Shown here: positions 1 through 7,704 of the stretch, one piece after another
Numbering within the stretch: position 1 is the stretch's first letter
Layout: the number at the start of each line of letters is the position of its first letter
Assembly (NCBI GenBank): GCA_964608955.1
Contig: CAZSQC010000001.1
Location: 6,959 to 64,371, forward strand
Length of the DNA: 57,413 nucleotides
Source: an uncultured Planctomycetales bacterium
Lineage (GTDB): Bacteria; Omnitrophota; Gorgyraeia; Gygaellales; Profunditerraquicolaceae
Direction of reading: 5' to 3'
Translations under genes and position numbers: made by a program
Notes under the pieces: generated by a model
The model's input: the letters and a program-made list of their open reading frames with translations, nothing else
What the model was told of the DNA's origin: nothing
Database searches by the model: none

Positions 1-492
1 TATTTTCTTCCCCTGCTTAAGCGCAATACCGGCGATTAACGGCAAAAGCCCGCTTACATTGCAATGCGTAAGAATTGAATCTCCGTTTTTAAGCAGCTTG
101 GCTGCCTCTTCTGCCTGCTTAATACGCGCATATTTTAAGCCTTCTAAAAAACCGTATATGCATTTTTCAAGCGGGGCTTTGCCCTTTTGCCACCCTAAGA
201 CCATGTCCGTTAAAAACTTAAATGAAAGCGTGGGCCGTGTGGCATTAATAGCGTTGGCAACTACCCTTAAATCTTTTTTCTGCGCAATGGCCTGCAAGAA
301 AATATACATTACCAATAAAACCTGTCCTACTGCGCGCGTCTTCATTTCTTTTATCGCCTTATATGCTTCTTTATAATTACGCGCCTTTATACGGTTAAGC
401 TTAAAAGGAAGCTTAGTCTCATCTAAGATATAGATAAGATTGCCCTTTAACTGAACTGGCCAAAACAGCGGTGAAAATTTCATCATTCTCAT
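1..492 (-). CDS. eIF-2B alpha/beta/delta family protein, methylthioribose-1-phosphate isomerase-like (N-terminal part, gene runs off window start)
   Basis: Not in the ORF track. Hand translation of the minus strand from ATG at 492 gives MRMMKFSPLFWPVQLKGNLIYILDETKLPFKL...NGDSILTHCNVSGLLP, open in frame to position 1. The LDxTKLP start and THCN motif are typical of the MtnA/eIF-2B family. The plus-strand ORF 59..376 is its antisense shadow. Confidence 0.7.
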   Translation of the reverse strand, partial: MRMMKFSPLFWPVQLKGNLIYILDETKLPFKLNRIKARNYKEAYKAIKEMKTRAVGQVLLVMYIFLQAIAQKKDLRVVANAINATRPTLSFKFLTDMVLGWQKGKAPLEKCIYGFLEGLKYARIKQAEEAAKLLKNGDSILTHCNVSGLLPLIAGIALKQGKKI

Positions 493-520
493 TGTTTAAA
501 TAAAGAACTGTCTTTAGCTT

Positions 521-1270
521 TTATTTACCTTCTAGCTTTTTAACTGTTTCAAGCGCGATAGTAAGTAAATTTGCCTCAGCCATATAGTAAGAAGAATTCA
601 TAAAACCCATCTCTCCGGTGACGACATTATCGCTTACTGCCAAAATTGATCCGGCCTTAACATTGTAAGTTTGAGCGATTGTCAGAAGCGTTGAGGAAAC
701 CATATCTACGGCTCTTGCCCCCTCTTTGCGCTTTGCCTCAACAATCTCGCGCGTCTCGCGTAAAAGCGCATCAGTAGTCCAGGCCTTTCCGCGATGGATA
801 GATAAACCCATTTCTTTCCCGACTTCATAGAGCGTATCGGAAATTTTCTTATCGGCAACGGTTTTAAAATTGTTATCCACGTAATAAGGGGTAACGCCGT
901 CCCCGCGTATGACCTCATCTACCACAAATAAATCCCCTACTTTAATATTCTCATCCAATGACCCGGCAGTACCCACGCGGATAATATTCTGAATCTGCGC
1001 ATTACACATTACTTCGGTTGTAATGGAAGTGTCCGTTGAAAACCTACCCCCGTTAATAGCGGTAATCTTAATACCTTCAAAAACACCGGTAAACATGGAA
1101 TATTCCATAAAGGTAAAATTCTTTACCGGATTCTCGATTTTCTTTAATAGGGTCTCAAGCCTGTCCTTTGGCCCGGGGACAATAGCGTATTTTCCAACAT
1201 CCTGCGGCCTTAATTGCACCATATTCGTTAAATCCTTACCTGTTAAATGTACTTCTTTTTGCATCTGCAT
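521..1270 (-). CDS. nucleoside phosphorylase, PNP_UDP_1 family (purine/uridine/MTA-type)
   Basis: 249 aa. Contains GTAGSL-type phosphate-binding segment and overall DeoD/Udp-like layout. Lies 28 nt upstream of the MtnA-like gene. Confidence 0.8.
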   Translation of the reverse strand: MQMQKEVHLTGKDLTNMVQLRPQDVGKYAIVPGPKDRLETLLKKIENPVKNFTFMEYSMFTGVFEGIKITAINGGRFSTDTSITTEVMCNAQIQNIIRVGTAGSLDENIKVGDLFVVDEVIRGDGVTPYYVDNNFKTVADKKISDTLYEVGKEMGLSIHRGKAWTTDALLRETREIVEAKRKEGARAVDMVSSTLLTIAQTYNVKAGSILAVSDNVVTGEMGFMNSSYYMAEANLLTIALETVKKLEGK

Positions 1271-1281
1271 ATTAATTCTCC

Positions 1282-2193
1282 TTATACTTTATTGAACAAA
1301 CTCTGAAGATTCTCACCTAAAATATTATCCTCATCATTCTCGGATAGGCCCAGGCTCCTAATAGCATTAATACTGATTTGGGGTTCTTTTTTTGCCGGAT
1401 AATCCGAACCCCAGAGAATATGCTTTGGACCGAATAACTCCAGTGCCGCGCTAAAATTCGCCTTTGTAGTATCTCCGCTAGTATCAACATAAATATTCTT
1501 TAATAACTGTGTGGGGTCGTTTTTTAAATCCTTAACAAAATTAATTCCGCGCAGCATTTGATAAGTTGTATCAAAGCGGTTTGCGAGAAACGGGATAACT
1601 CCTCCGAAATATGCAAAAATAAACTTAACCCTGTAGTCTTTTAATATATCCGACATCAAAAGCTTCCCGATACAGATAGTGGTGTCAAAAACGTATTCTA
1701 TGACGGGTGTAAGAAGAGGATCCTCAACGCGTTCGGTACCTATGGGCTTAATAATCTGCGAGTGCACGAATACCGGGATATTCTTCTCCTGCGCCAGCTT
1801 GTAAACTCCTAAAAAACGCCTGTCATCTAAATAAACCTGATTGTAACTTGAGGCCAGCGAAATAGCCTTAAAACCCAACTCTTCTGTTGTACGCCTGAAC
1901 TCCTTAAGCATATCAAGTTCATGGTCAACGGGGAGTATCGCAGCCCCTACAAACCTCTCGGGGTATCTTTTCAAGACTTTGGAGACATTGTCATTAAAAA
2001 TACGTACAACTTCGGATATGCTCCCTAATTTTAAATGGGCATCGGAAGTCGGATAAGACAAAACAGCCTTATCTATCTTTGCCTCATCCATTATTTTAAG
2101 CTGAGCTTCAATATCACCCCAGCCTTTATGGTAAAAATGGGCGTTATTAATTATGCCTTCCGGCAGCCAATGGCTATGCGCGTCTATTATCAT
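1282..2193 (-). CDS. amidohydrolase_2 family metal-dependent hydrolase/decarboxylase (ACMSD/LigW-like)
   Basis: 303 aa. N-terminal IDAHSHWLP (HxH metal ligands) and C-terminal LWGSDYP aspartate motif. Its start ATG (2191-2193) shares base 2193 with the stop codon of the preceding ORF. Confidence 0.8.
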   Translation of the reverse strand: MIIDAHSHWLPEGIINNAHFYHKGWGDIEAQLKIMDEAKIDKAVLSYPTSDAHLKLGSISEVVRIFNDNVSKVLKRYPERFVGAAILPVDHELDMLKEFRRTTEELGFKAISLASSYNQVYLDDRRFLGVYKLAQEKNIPVFVHSQIIKPIGTERVEDPLLTPVIEYVFDTTICIGKLLMSDILKDYRVKFIFAYFGGVIPFLANRFDTTYQMLRGINFVKDLKNDPTQLLKNIYVDTSGDTTKANFSAALELFGPKHILWGSDYPAKKEPQISINAIRSLGLSENDEDNILGENLQSLFNKV

Positions 2194-2585
2194 TAATGCT
2201 CTGTGCTCCTTAAAATTCTGGCGGTCATTTCAGACTCATAAAACCTTTTTATATCCTTTAAGGTATTCTTCCCGAGCTCTTTTATTATCACTTTTTCAAC
2301 TGCCTTAAGCCTTAATAATAAAAACTCATAATCCGCAGATAGTTTTCTATCTTTAAACTTTAAACTAAGTCCTTCTTGCTCTTTCTTTACTATGTAATTC
2401 TCGAAGTCCTTTATGAAATTTGATATCGTACCTTTCTTATCCCGCGCCTTAAGCTCCCTTAAGATAATTCTGTCAATCTCGGCCTGCGTAAACTTACGCT
2501 CAACCTTATCAAAAGCTTCTTTTGCGCTCTTATAAAACCATACAAGGTAGCGCTTTTTCAGATTCTTGGTGTCATTTTTATCCAT
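2193..2585 (-). CDS. hypothetical highly charged helical protein
   Basis: ORF track gives 2193..2630. The first 15 codons are encoded by the GC-rich tandem repeat. The internal ATG at 2585 (MDKNDTKNLKK...) is preceded by AGGA, so the shorter start is preferred. No recognisable family. Confidence 0.45.
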   Translation of the reverse strand: MDKNDTKNLKKRYLVWFYKSAKEAFDKVERKFTQAEIDRIILRELKARDKKGTISNFIKDFENYIVKKEQEGLSLKFKDRKLSADYEFLLLRLKAVEKVIIKELGKNTLKDIKRFYESEMTARILRSTEH

Positions 2586-2600
2586 ATCTTTATTTATCCT

Positions 2601-2677
2601 GGTGCAGCTTAAGAGGCGCGCACCGGGCATTCCTTTTTATCCGGGTGCAGCTTAAGAGGCGCGCACCGGGCATTCCT
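2601..2677. repeat. tandem direct repeat, two exact 34-nt copies at 43-nt period, GC-rich
   Basis: GGTGCAGCTTAAGAGGCGCGCACCGGGCATTCCT occurs at 2601-2634 and 2644-2677. A degenerate related segment CCCGGGTGCGCCTGCTTAA at 2683-2701 forms the 3' end of the SDR gene. Each copy carries a GGTGC...GCACC short inverted repeat. Confidence 0.9.
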
Positions 2678-3452
2678 ATTTGCCCGGGTGCGCCTGCTTA
2701 AACGGTATTACCGGAGCAGTCCAAGGAGTCTGCTGGTTTATAACCGAGATCTCCAGAGGGCAGACATTTGCCGGAACAGTCAAGGCAAACTTTACCGCAT
2801 TCTCGATCGCCTCGGTGCTCATTAATCTAGAAGTATCCTGGGTTACCTCTTTTAATTTACCGGTAAGGTCAGTATCAGTTACCCCCGGTAGAAGAGAAGT
2901 AACTTTTATCCCGTAGTCCCTTAATTCCCAGAAGAGCCCTTTAAGAAACGCACGCAACCCTACCTTAAGAGAGCTGTAAACAATAAAATTCCTCGGTAAG
3001 GGATCGCATAGCGTAGATCCCGAAACCATATTTATTATCGCGCCGGACTTTTGTTTTATCATATCATTGATAACTAACCGGATTAAACGTACATAGCCCA
3101 GATAATTAGTGTGCGCCAGCCTTTCAAAATCTTCTATCGGCTGTTCCGGAAACGGATACTGACTGGAAACACCGGCGTTATTAACTAGAATATCAATTCT
3201 GCCGAATTTCTCCTTAGTTTTGTTAACCAAGTTCTCCAGATCCTCTAACTTTGTAACATCGCAGGCAACCGGTAAAACATCCACCTGGTATTTCTTTGCA
3301 ATCTCCTCTGCAGTCTCCTTTAAGGGCCCTTCCTGGCGCGCAGCAATAGTAATATTAATTCCCAGGCTGGCGCATGTTGAAGCAAGCGCCTTGCCTATCC
3401 CGCGGCTGGCTCCAGTAATAATTGCGACTTTTCCTTTTAGTTCCCGGCTCAT
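2676..3452 (-). CDS. SDR family oxidoreductase (candidate ketoreductase)
   Basis: 258 aa. Has TGASRGIG cofactor motif, NNAG, and the YSSLK (YxxxK) catalytic motif. Confidence 0.9.
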   Translation of the reverse strand: MSRELKGKVAIITGASRGIGKALASTCASLGINITIAARQEGPLKETAEEIAKKYQVDVLPVACDVTKLEDLENLVNKTKEKFGRIDILVNNAGVSSQYPFPEQPIEDFERLAHTNYLGYVRLIRLVINDMIKQKSGAIINMVSGSTLCDPLPRNFIVYSSLKVGLRAFLKGLFWELRDYGIKVTSLLPGVTDTDLTGKLKEVTQDTSRLMSTEAIENAVKFALTVPANVCPLEISVINQQTPWTAPVIPFKQAHPGK

Positions 3453-3465
3453 AATTATTCCTCCC

Positions 3466-4583
3466 TTATTTAATTTTAGTTAATTTACCTCTGGAGAGCA
3501 GAAAAAACAACCCGCACCCAAAGACTACAAATCCAAGGTTAAAACTTTTTGACATAATAAACCCGCCCAAACTCATTCCTAATCCCCCGGATATAAACCT
3601 TATGCTACTATTTAAGCTCGCTGCTTCATTTAACGCATCAGGAGGAAGATCTGTGAGCATAGGGGAAAGGCCAAAATGGTTAAAGGTCCTTCTTAGCCCC
3701 AGAATAACATTGGTTAATGCAAAAACCAAAGAGGCGGCTTTAAAACAAGAAAAATAATACTGAATATCATCAGCAAGATTCCCCAGTTAATTATCTTTTT
3801 TCTCCCTAATGAATCCGCAAGCAACCCTCCCCAAATCTCCCCGAAAATACCGCTTAGCGCGGTTAAGGTAATCAGCATGCTGATTTTAAATTGATCTAGG
3901 CCTATCTGGGTTGAGAAATAAACCCCCAGCCACTGCTGTATGGCGTGGTAAATCAGGCTTATTAAAAAGATATATGATAAAATCCTTACTATGCCCTTGT
4001 CTTTAAAAATACTGAAGTAATTAAATTCAAATACTCCCATATCTTCTTTAAAGCTCGGAAGACAAAAATACATAAGCGCCCATAATATAAAACCTAAAGT
4101 GCCGGGGATTAAGAATATGAACCTCCAGTAAATAACGCCGCTTAAAAACAGTCCCAAGAGCGAGGCAATAAAGGTAAGCCCGAAAAAAGTTCCTATATAT
4201 TTACCGCGCTCTTCTTGAGCCTTATGCCTGGCGATAAGAATTAACCCCAGAGGGATTACCGAGGCGCCAAAGAAACCCATCAATAATCTTCCTGACAGCA
4301 GTACTAAAAAACCTTTGGCAAAACCTACTATGAGGTTAGCGAAAGAAAATAAAATAATGCATATTAGTTCTACTGTGCGCGCGTCAAACTTGCGTACTAA
4401 AGGCCCGTAGAGAAGCGCGGCTAGTCCATAGGTAACCATGTAAGACCAGACTATTGCCCCTACGCTAAACTGAGAAAGAGCGAATTCTTTTGCTACCGAA
4501 GGGATTAAGGCTGCGGCTGCAGCAACATTAAAAGAAAGCAGCGCGCCCTCTAAACAAAGGATAATAAAAGTAAATTTCTTCAA
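3466..4583 (-). pseudogene. MFS transporter, reading frame interrupted (two ORFs 3714..4583 and 3466..3729)
   Basis: The 289 aa multi-TM ORF ends ...LKPPLWFLH*. An overlapping ORF in another frame continues with 87 aa of further TM helices. The frames switch at a T5 run (plus-strand A5 at 3721-3725). Joined length of about 370 aa fits a 12-TM MFS protein. Confidence 0.65.
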
Positions 4584-5020
4584 CTCTTTGCTTCTTTTTC
4601 TATTACCTGCTTAAAAATTAAAAGATTATCTTTAGAGTGCTTATTAATAAACCCTTCAACCTGCTCATCGGTAAACTTTGCCTTCTCATCCATCTCAAAG
4701 TGCTGTATCCAAGTTAGGTCTATTCCCTCTTTTTTAGGAGTATAAAGCCAGATTATCTTCATGTACTTAAAAGGAAACTTGGGCTCCTGCCTTTCGGCGT
4801 AAGCAAAATATTTATCCTTAACCAGGAATCTCCAAGAAATCCAAGACTTATCCTCATCGTCAGTCAGACGGAATGTTATCTTATCGCCTTCCTTACTGAC
4901 AATCTCTGCGGCTTTATACTCATGCCCAAAAAGTTCTGTCCAGCGCGGGATATCGTTGGAGATATCAAATACTTTATCATATGGCGCATTGATAACTATT
5001 GAATTACATGTATGGCCCAT
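4580..5020 (-). CDS. SRPBCC superfamily protein, polyketide cyclase/aromatase-like
   Basis: 146 aa. N-terminal ...SIVINAPYDKVFDISNDIPRWTELF... resembles the Polyketide_cyc2 / TcmN-type ARO/CYC helix-grip fold. A 4-nt ATGA overlap couples it to the MFS gene. Confidence 0.7.
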   Translation of the reverse strand: MGHTCNSIVINAPYDKVFDISNDIPRWTELFGHEYKAAEIVSKEGDKITFRLTDDEDKSWISWRFLVKDKYFAYAERQEPKFPFKYMKIIWLYTPKKEGIDLTWIQHFEMDEKAKFTDEQVEGFINKHSKDNLLIFKQVIEKEAKS

Positions 5021-5115
5021 TAAAACTCTCCTTTCTCGCGTATCCCATAACTCATTATTATTTTTTCTTGTAAAACTACCGCTTTTTGCAGACGATCTAA
5101 CAACGCTTAGATCTC

Positions 5116-5916
5116 CTAAGCTACCGCAACTACCCTGGACCAGGCAGCTCCTGTCCGGCGTATTCTTACCGGGAAACAGATAATCTTAAAACCTGTTGCG
5201 CCAGGCAAGTTTCCCAAATTACCTAATCTTTCTATATGGATAAACTCGCGTTTTCTGCCGTAAAAATGCGCGGGATAAAATTTCTCGGGGTTTCTTGTTT
5301 CCATAAATTCCTTTAGCATAAATTTATAAGGACGGTCAATACCCATGGTATCTACACCGAAAACTTTGATGCCGCGGTCCATAAGAAAATCTATTGCTGA
5401 TATTCCGACTCCGGGGTACTCTGAAAAATATTTAGGAGTGCCATAAAATTTATCCGCCCCTGTCCAGAAAAGAACGATATCAAGCGGCTTAAGGCTGTAA
5501 TTGATTTCTTTTAAAGCCGCTTCTAAGTCTTTAGCAGTTATCTCCTCCGTGGAATTCTTTTTCCTTAAATCCAGGCGCACCCCATTCTGAAAGCAATATT
5601 CCAGCGGGATTTCATCAGCGGTCTTAGATGCCTTACCTTCTGATTTAGTGCCGTAATGAAAGGTGTAATCCAAGTGCGTTCCCACGTGCACGGGAGAATG
5701 CACTGTTTCCAGGGAAAGGAATTCACCCTCCGGAACATCGGTTGCTTTAAGTATTCTTTTGCCTAAAAGGAAATTAATTCTTCCTTTAAGGGTCTTTCCC
5801 ATAATTACGCGGTTAAACTTCTCCACGCCGTCTTTATGGCTGATGCGCTCGATTTCGACCTTATGCACTTCAAAGGCCTCTTCATCAATCGGAAGGCTTA
5901 AATCAATTATCGTCAT
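5116..5916 (-). CDS. cyclase family protein (PF04199-type, kynurenine formamidase-like)
   Basis: 266 aa. HVGTHLDYTFH matches the HxGTHxDxxxH metal-binding signature of the putative-cyclase family. Its start directly abuts the ACP stop. Confidence 0.8.
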   Translation of the reverse strand: MTIIDLSLPIDEEAFEVHKVEIERISHKDGVEKFNRVIMGKTLKGRINFLLGKRILKATDVPEGEFLSLETVHSPVHVGTHLDYTFHYGTKSEGKASKTADEIPLEYCFQNGVRLDLRKKNSTEEITAKDLEAALKEINYSLKPLDIVLFWTGADKFYGTPKYFSEYPGVGISAIDFLMDRGIKVFGVDTMGIDRPYKFMLKEFMETRNPEKFYPAHFYGRKREFIHIERLGNLGNLPGATGFKIICFPVRIRRTGAAWSRVVAVA

Positions 5917-6153
5917 TTATTTTGTTTGCTTTGAAAGAATAACCTTTTCGATATCATCAATCGAAGAGGATTTAGTGATCTCTTTGGGGCTAAGCTTTAC
6001 TCCAAAGGCCTTCTCCAACGCAATCACTGATTCGACCATTTCAGTTGAATCCACCCCGATTGATTCCTGTAAAGTTACTGCATCTTTTAGTTCTTCGGGT
6101 TTTACTTTTAGCAAATCGACGAGAACTTCTTTAATCTTGAGCTTGATCTCCAT
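5917..6153 (-). CDS. acyl carrier protein
   Basis: 78 aa, acidic. GVDSTEMVE contains the phosphopantetheine-attachment DS motif. Confidence 0.85.
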   Translation of the reverse strand: MEIKLKIKEVLVDLLKVKPEELKDAVTLQESIGVDSTEMVESVIALEKAFGVKLSPKEITKSSSIDDIEKVILSKQTK

Positions 6154-6164
6154 TTGAATACCTC

Positions 6165-7628
6165 CTATATCTGCACTTCACCTTTAGTTGCGGCTGCTTC
6201 CCATTTATTAATGCCGTCCATGACATCTTTAAAACAAAGCTTGGCAAGCGGATCGAAATTACTCTCCATAATCCTGTTAATACGGCCGGGCTTGGAGAAA
6301 AACTCCCTCATGCACCAGGAGCCCAATCGGCCTAAGTCCTCGGTAGTTAAATGGTCCGTGGGAATAACGGGATGCAGAAAATCCCAAGTGCTAAAATCAA
6401 CTTTTTTAGGGTCCACCCAGCCTTTCTTTAAAGCAATCCTCCACATCGGAGAATTAGGGGCCGGGGTAACATAACCTACCCACATAATATCCGGGTCAAC
6501 CGCATCGGTAAATTCAAAACGCTGCTTGATAATCGCTTCGGTGTCATAATCAAAACCCATCATAATGTCAGCTACTATTGCAATATCGTTCTTGCGCAGT
6601 ATCTCGATTGTCTTCTGGATCTGGTCTATGGTAATCCCTTTGGCAATTTTCTTTAACTCTGACTGGGTAGTAACTTCTATCCCAAAAACGCCCATAAATA
6701 ACCCATTCTCCTTCATTAAGGGGACTACTGACTCACAGTTAACCCAGTCAATGGCGCGGCCTAAAGAAACCCATTTGATAGGGTTATTGGCTGCTTTTTT
6801 TAGCTCGCAGAACTTCTTTACGCGGTCAGGATCGACATTAAAATTATCATCCTGGATTACTACGACTTTCACTCCGTATTTTTTGTGCAGAAGATTGAGC
6901 TCCTCCATTACTCTCTCCGGAGATTTCGCACGCCACTTTAAGAAATCCGAAGGAGAACGCGGGTCAAACTGATCCCATTCGTAACAGAAGGTACAAGCCG
7001 AAGGACAACCCCTGGATGTTACCATATCGACAAAAGGCTTCCAGTATGTATGCCCTACATATTTATCCATAGGGAATAAATCATAAGCAGGCAGAGGAAG
7101 CTTATCTAAATCCTGCATTAAGGGCTTATGCGGCCCCATGACTATTTTTCCGTCAATGCGGGAAGTAACTCCCCCTACATCTTTTAAGGGCTTATTCTTA
7201 TCGAGCGCCTCGATTAGGTCTCCGAAAGACTCTTCTTCTCCCATTACCACAAAATCAATCTCGGGATTTTCTTCCAGGGTAGGGACGGGCATTGCAGAAT
7301 ACCATAATCCGCCTAATACTATTTTCGTTTTCGGCAAAACTTTTTTAATTCCTATAGCGGCATCCTTGAAATGGCGCAGGACCCCGTAACCTCCGTAACC
7401 ATGAAGCTGCTCTCCCATTACCACCACATCAGGATTCATATCTTTGACCCTCTGAATCAGCTGGTCCATGGGTATCTGGTCAGCTTTTCCGTCAATCACT
7501 GCGACATCAGAATAACCGCGGGTATCCCTGACATAAGCTGCCCAATGAGCATAAAGCTGGTTTGGAGAACGGTGTATACCATGGGTTGCCCATGCGCCCA
7601 CCTTCGGCATAACAAATAATATTTTCAT
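6165..7628 (-). CDS. B12-binding domain radical SAM protein (class B rSAM)
   Basis: 487 aa. N-terminal Rossmann-like cobalamin-binding-type region is followed by SRGCPSACTFC (CxxxCxxC). A strong AGGAGG Shine-Dalgarno sits upstream. Confidence 0.9.
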   Translation of the reverse strand: MKILFVMPKVGAWATHGIHRSPNQLYAHWAAYVRDTRGYSDVAVIDGKADQIPMDQLIQRVKDMNPDVVVMGEQLHGYGGYGVLRHFKDAAIGIKKVLPKTKIVLGGLWYSAMPVPTLEENPEIDFVVMGEEESFGDLIEALDKNKPLKDVGGVTSRIDGKIVMGPHKPLMQDLDKLPLPAYDLFPMDKYVGHTYWKPFVDMVTSRGCPSACTFCYEWDQFDPRSPSDFLKWRAKSPERVMEELNLLHKKYGVKVVVIQDDNFNVDPDRVKKFCELKKAANNPIKWVSLGRAIDWVNCESVVPLMKENGLFMGVFGIEVTTQSELKKIAKGITIDQIQKTIEILRKNDIAIVADIMMGFDYDTEAIIKQRFEFTDAVDPDIMWVGYVTPAPNSPMWRIALKKGWVDPKKVDFSTWDFLHPVIPTDHLTTEDLGRLGSWCMREFFSKPGRINRIMESNFDPLAKLCFKDVMDGINKWEAAATKGEVQI

Positions 7629-7645
7629 CTACTTCCTCCTCTTAT

Positions 7646-7704
7646 GGGGACACCCTGCCGATTAGGTCAAAGGATGTCCCTTGATTAGACTAAAGGGTGT
7701 CCCC
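7646..7704. repeat. 11-bp perfect inverted repeat (GGGGACACCCT / AGGGTGTCCCC) bridging the CLF stop and the rSAM ribosome-binding site, plus a degenerate third copy
   Basis: Arms lie at 7646-7656 and 7694-7704. A 9/11 related copy AGGATGTCCCT lies at 7671-7681. On the mRNA the 3' arm ends 5 nt before AGGAGG. Confidence 0.6.

Noticed and set aside
59-376. Plus-strand ORF of 105 aa, and many similar plus-strand ORFs in the track (for example 1023..1295, 7862..8278, 9285..9764, 11010..11672, 29924..30379, 37097..37531, 51245..51610)
   Set aside because: Each lies entirely antisense to a longer minus-strand gene with clear family motifs. They have low-complexity, Ser/Leu/Ile-rich composition and no ribosome-binding site, so they are shadow ORFs.
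2586-2630. N-terminal extension MPGARLLSCTRINKD of the 145 aa ORF
   Set aside because: These codons are encoded by the GC-rich tandem repeat. A second copy of the same element lies in non-coding sequence. An internal ATG with an AGGA site at 2585 is a more plausible start.
2601-2701. Possible CRISPR array or other multi-copy repeat locus
   Set aside because: There are only two exact copies plus one degenerate copy, and the 9-nt gaps are far too short to be spacers. No cas genes are present in the window.
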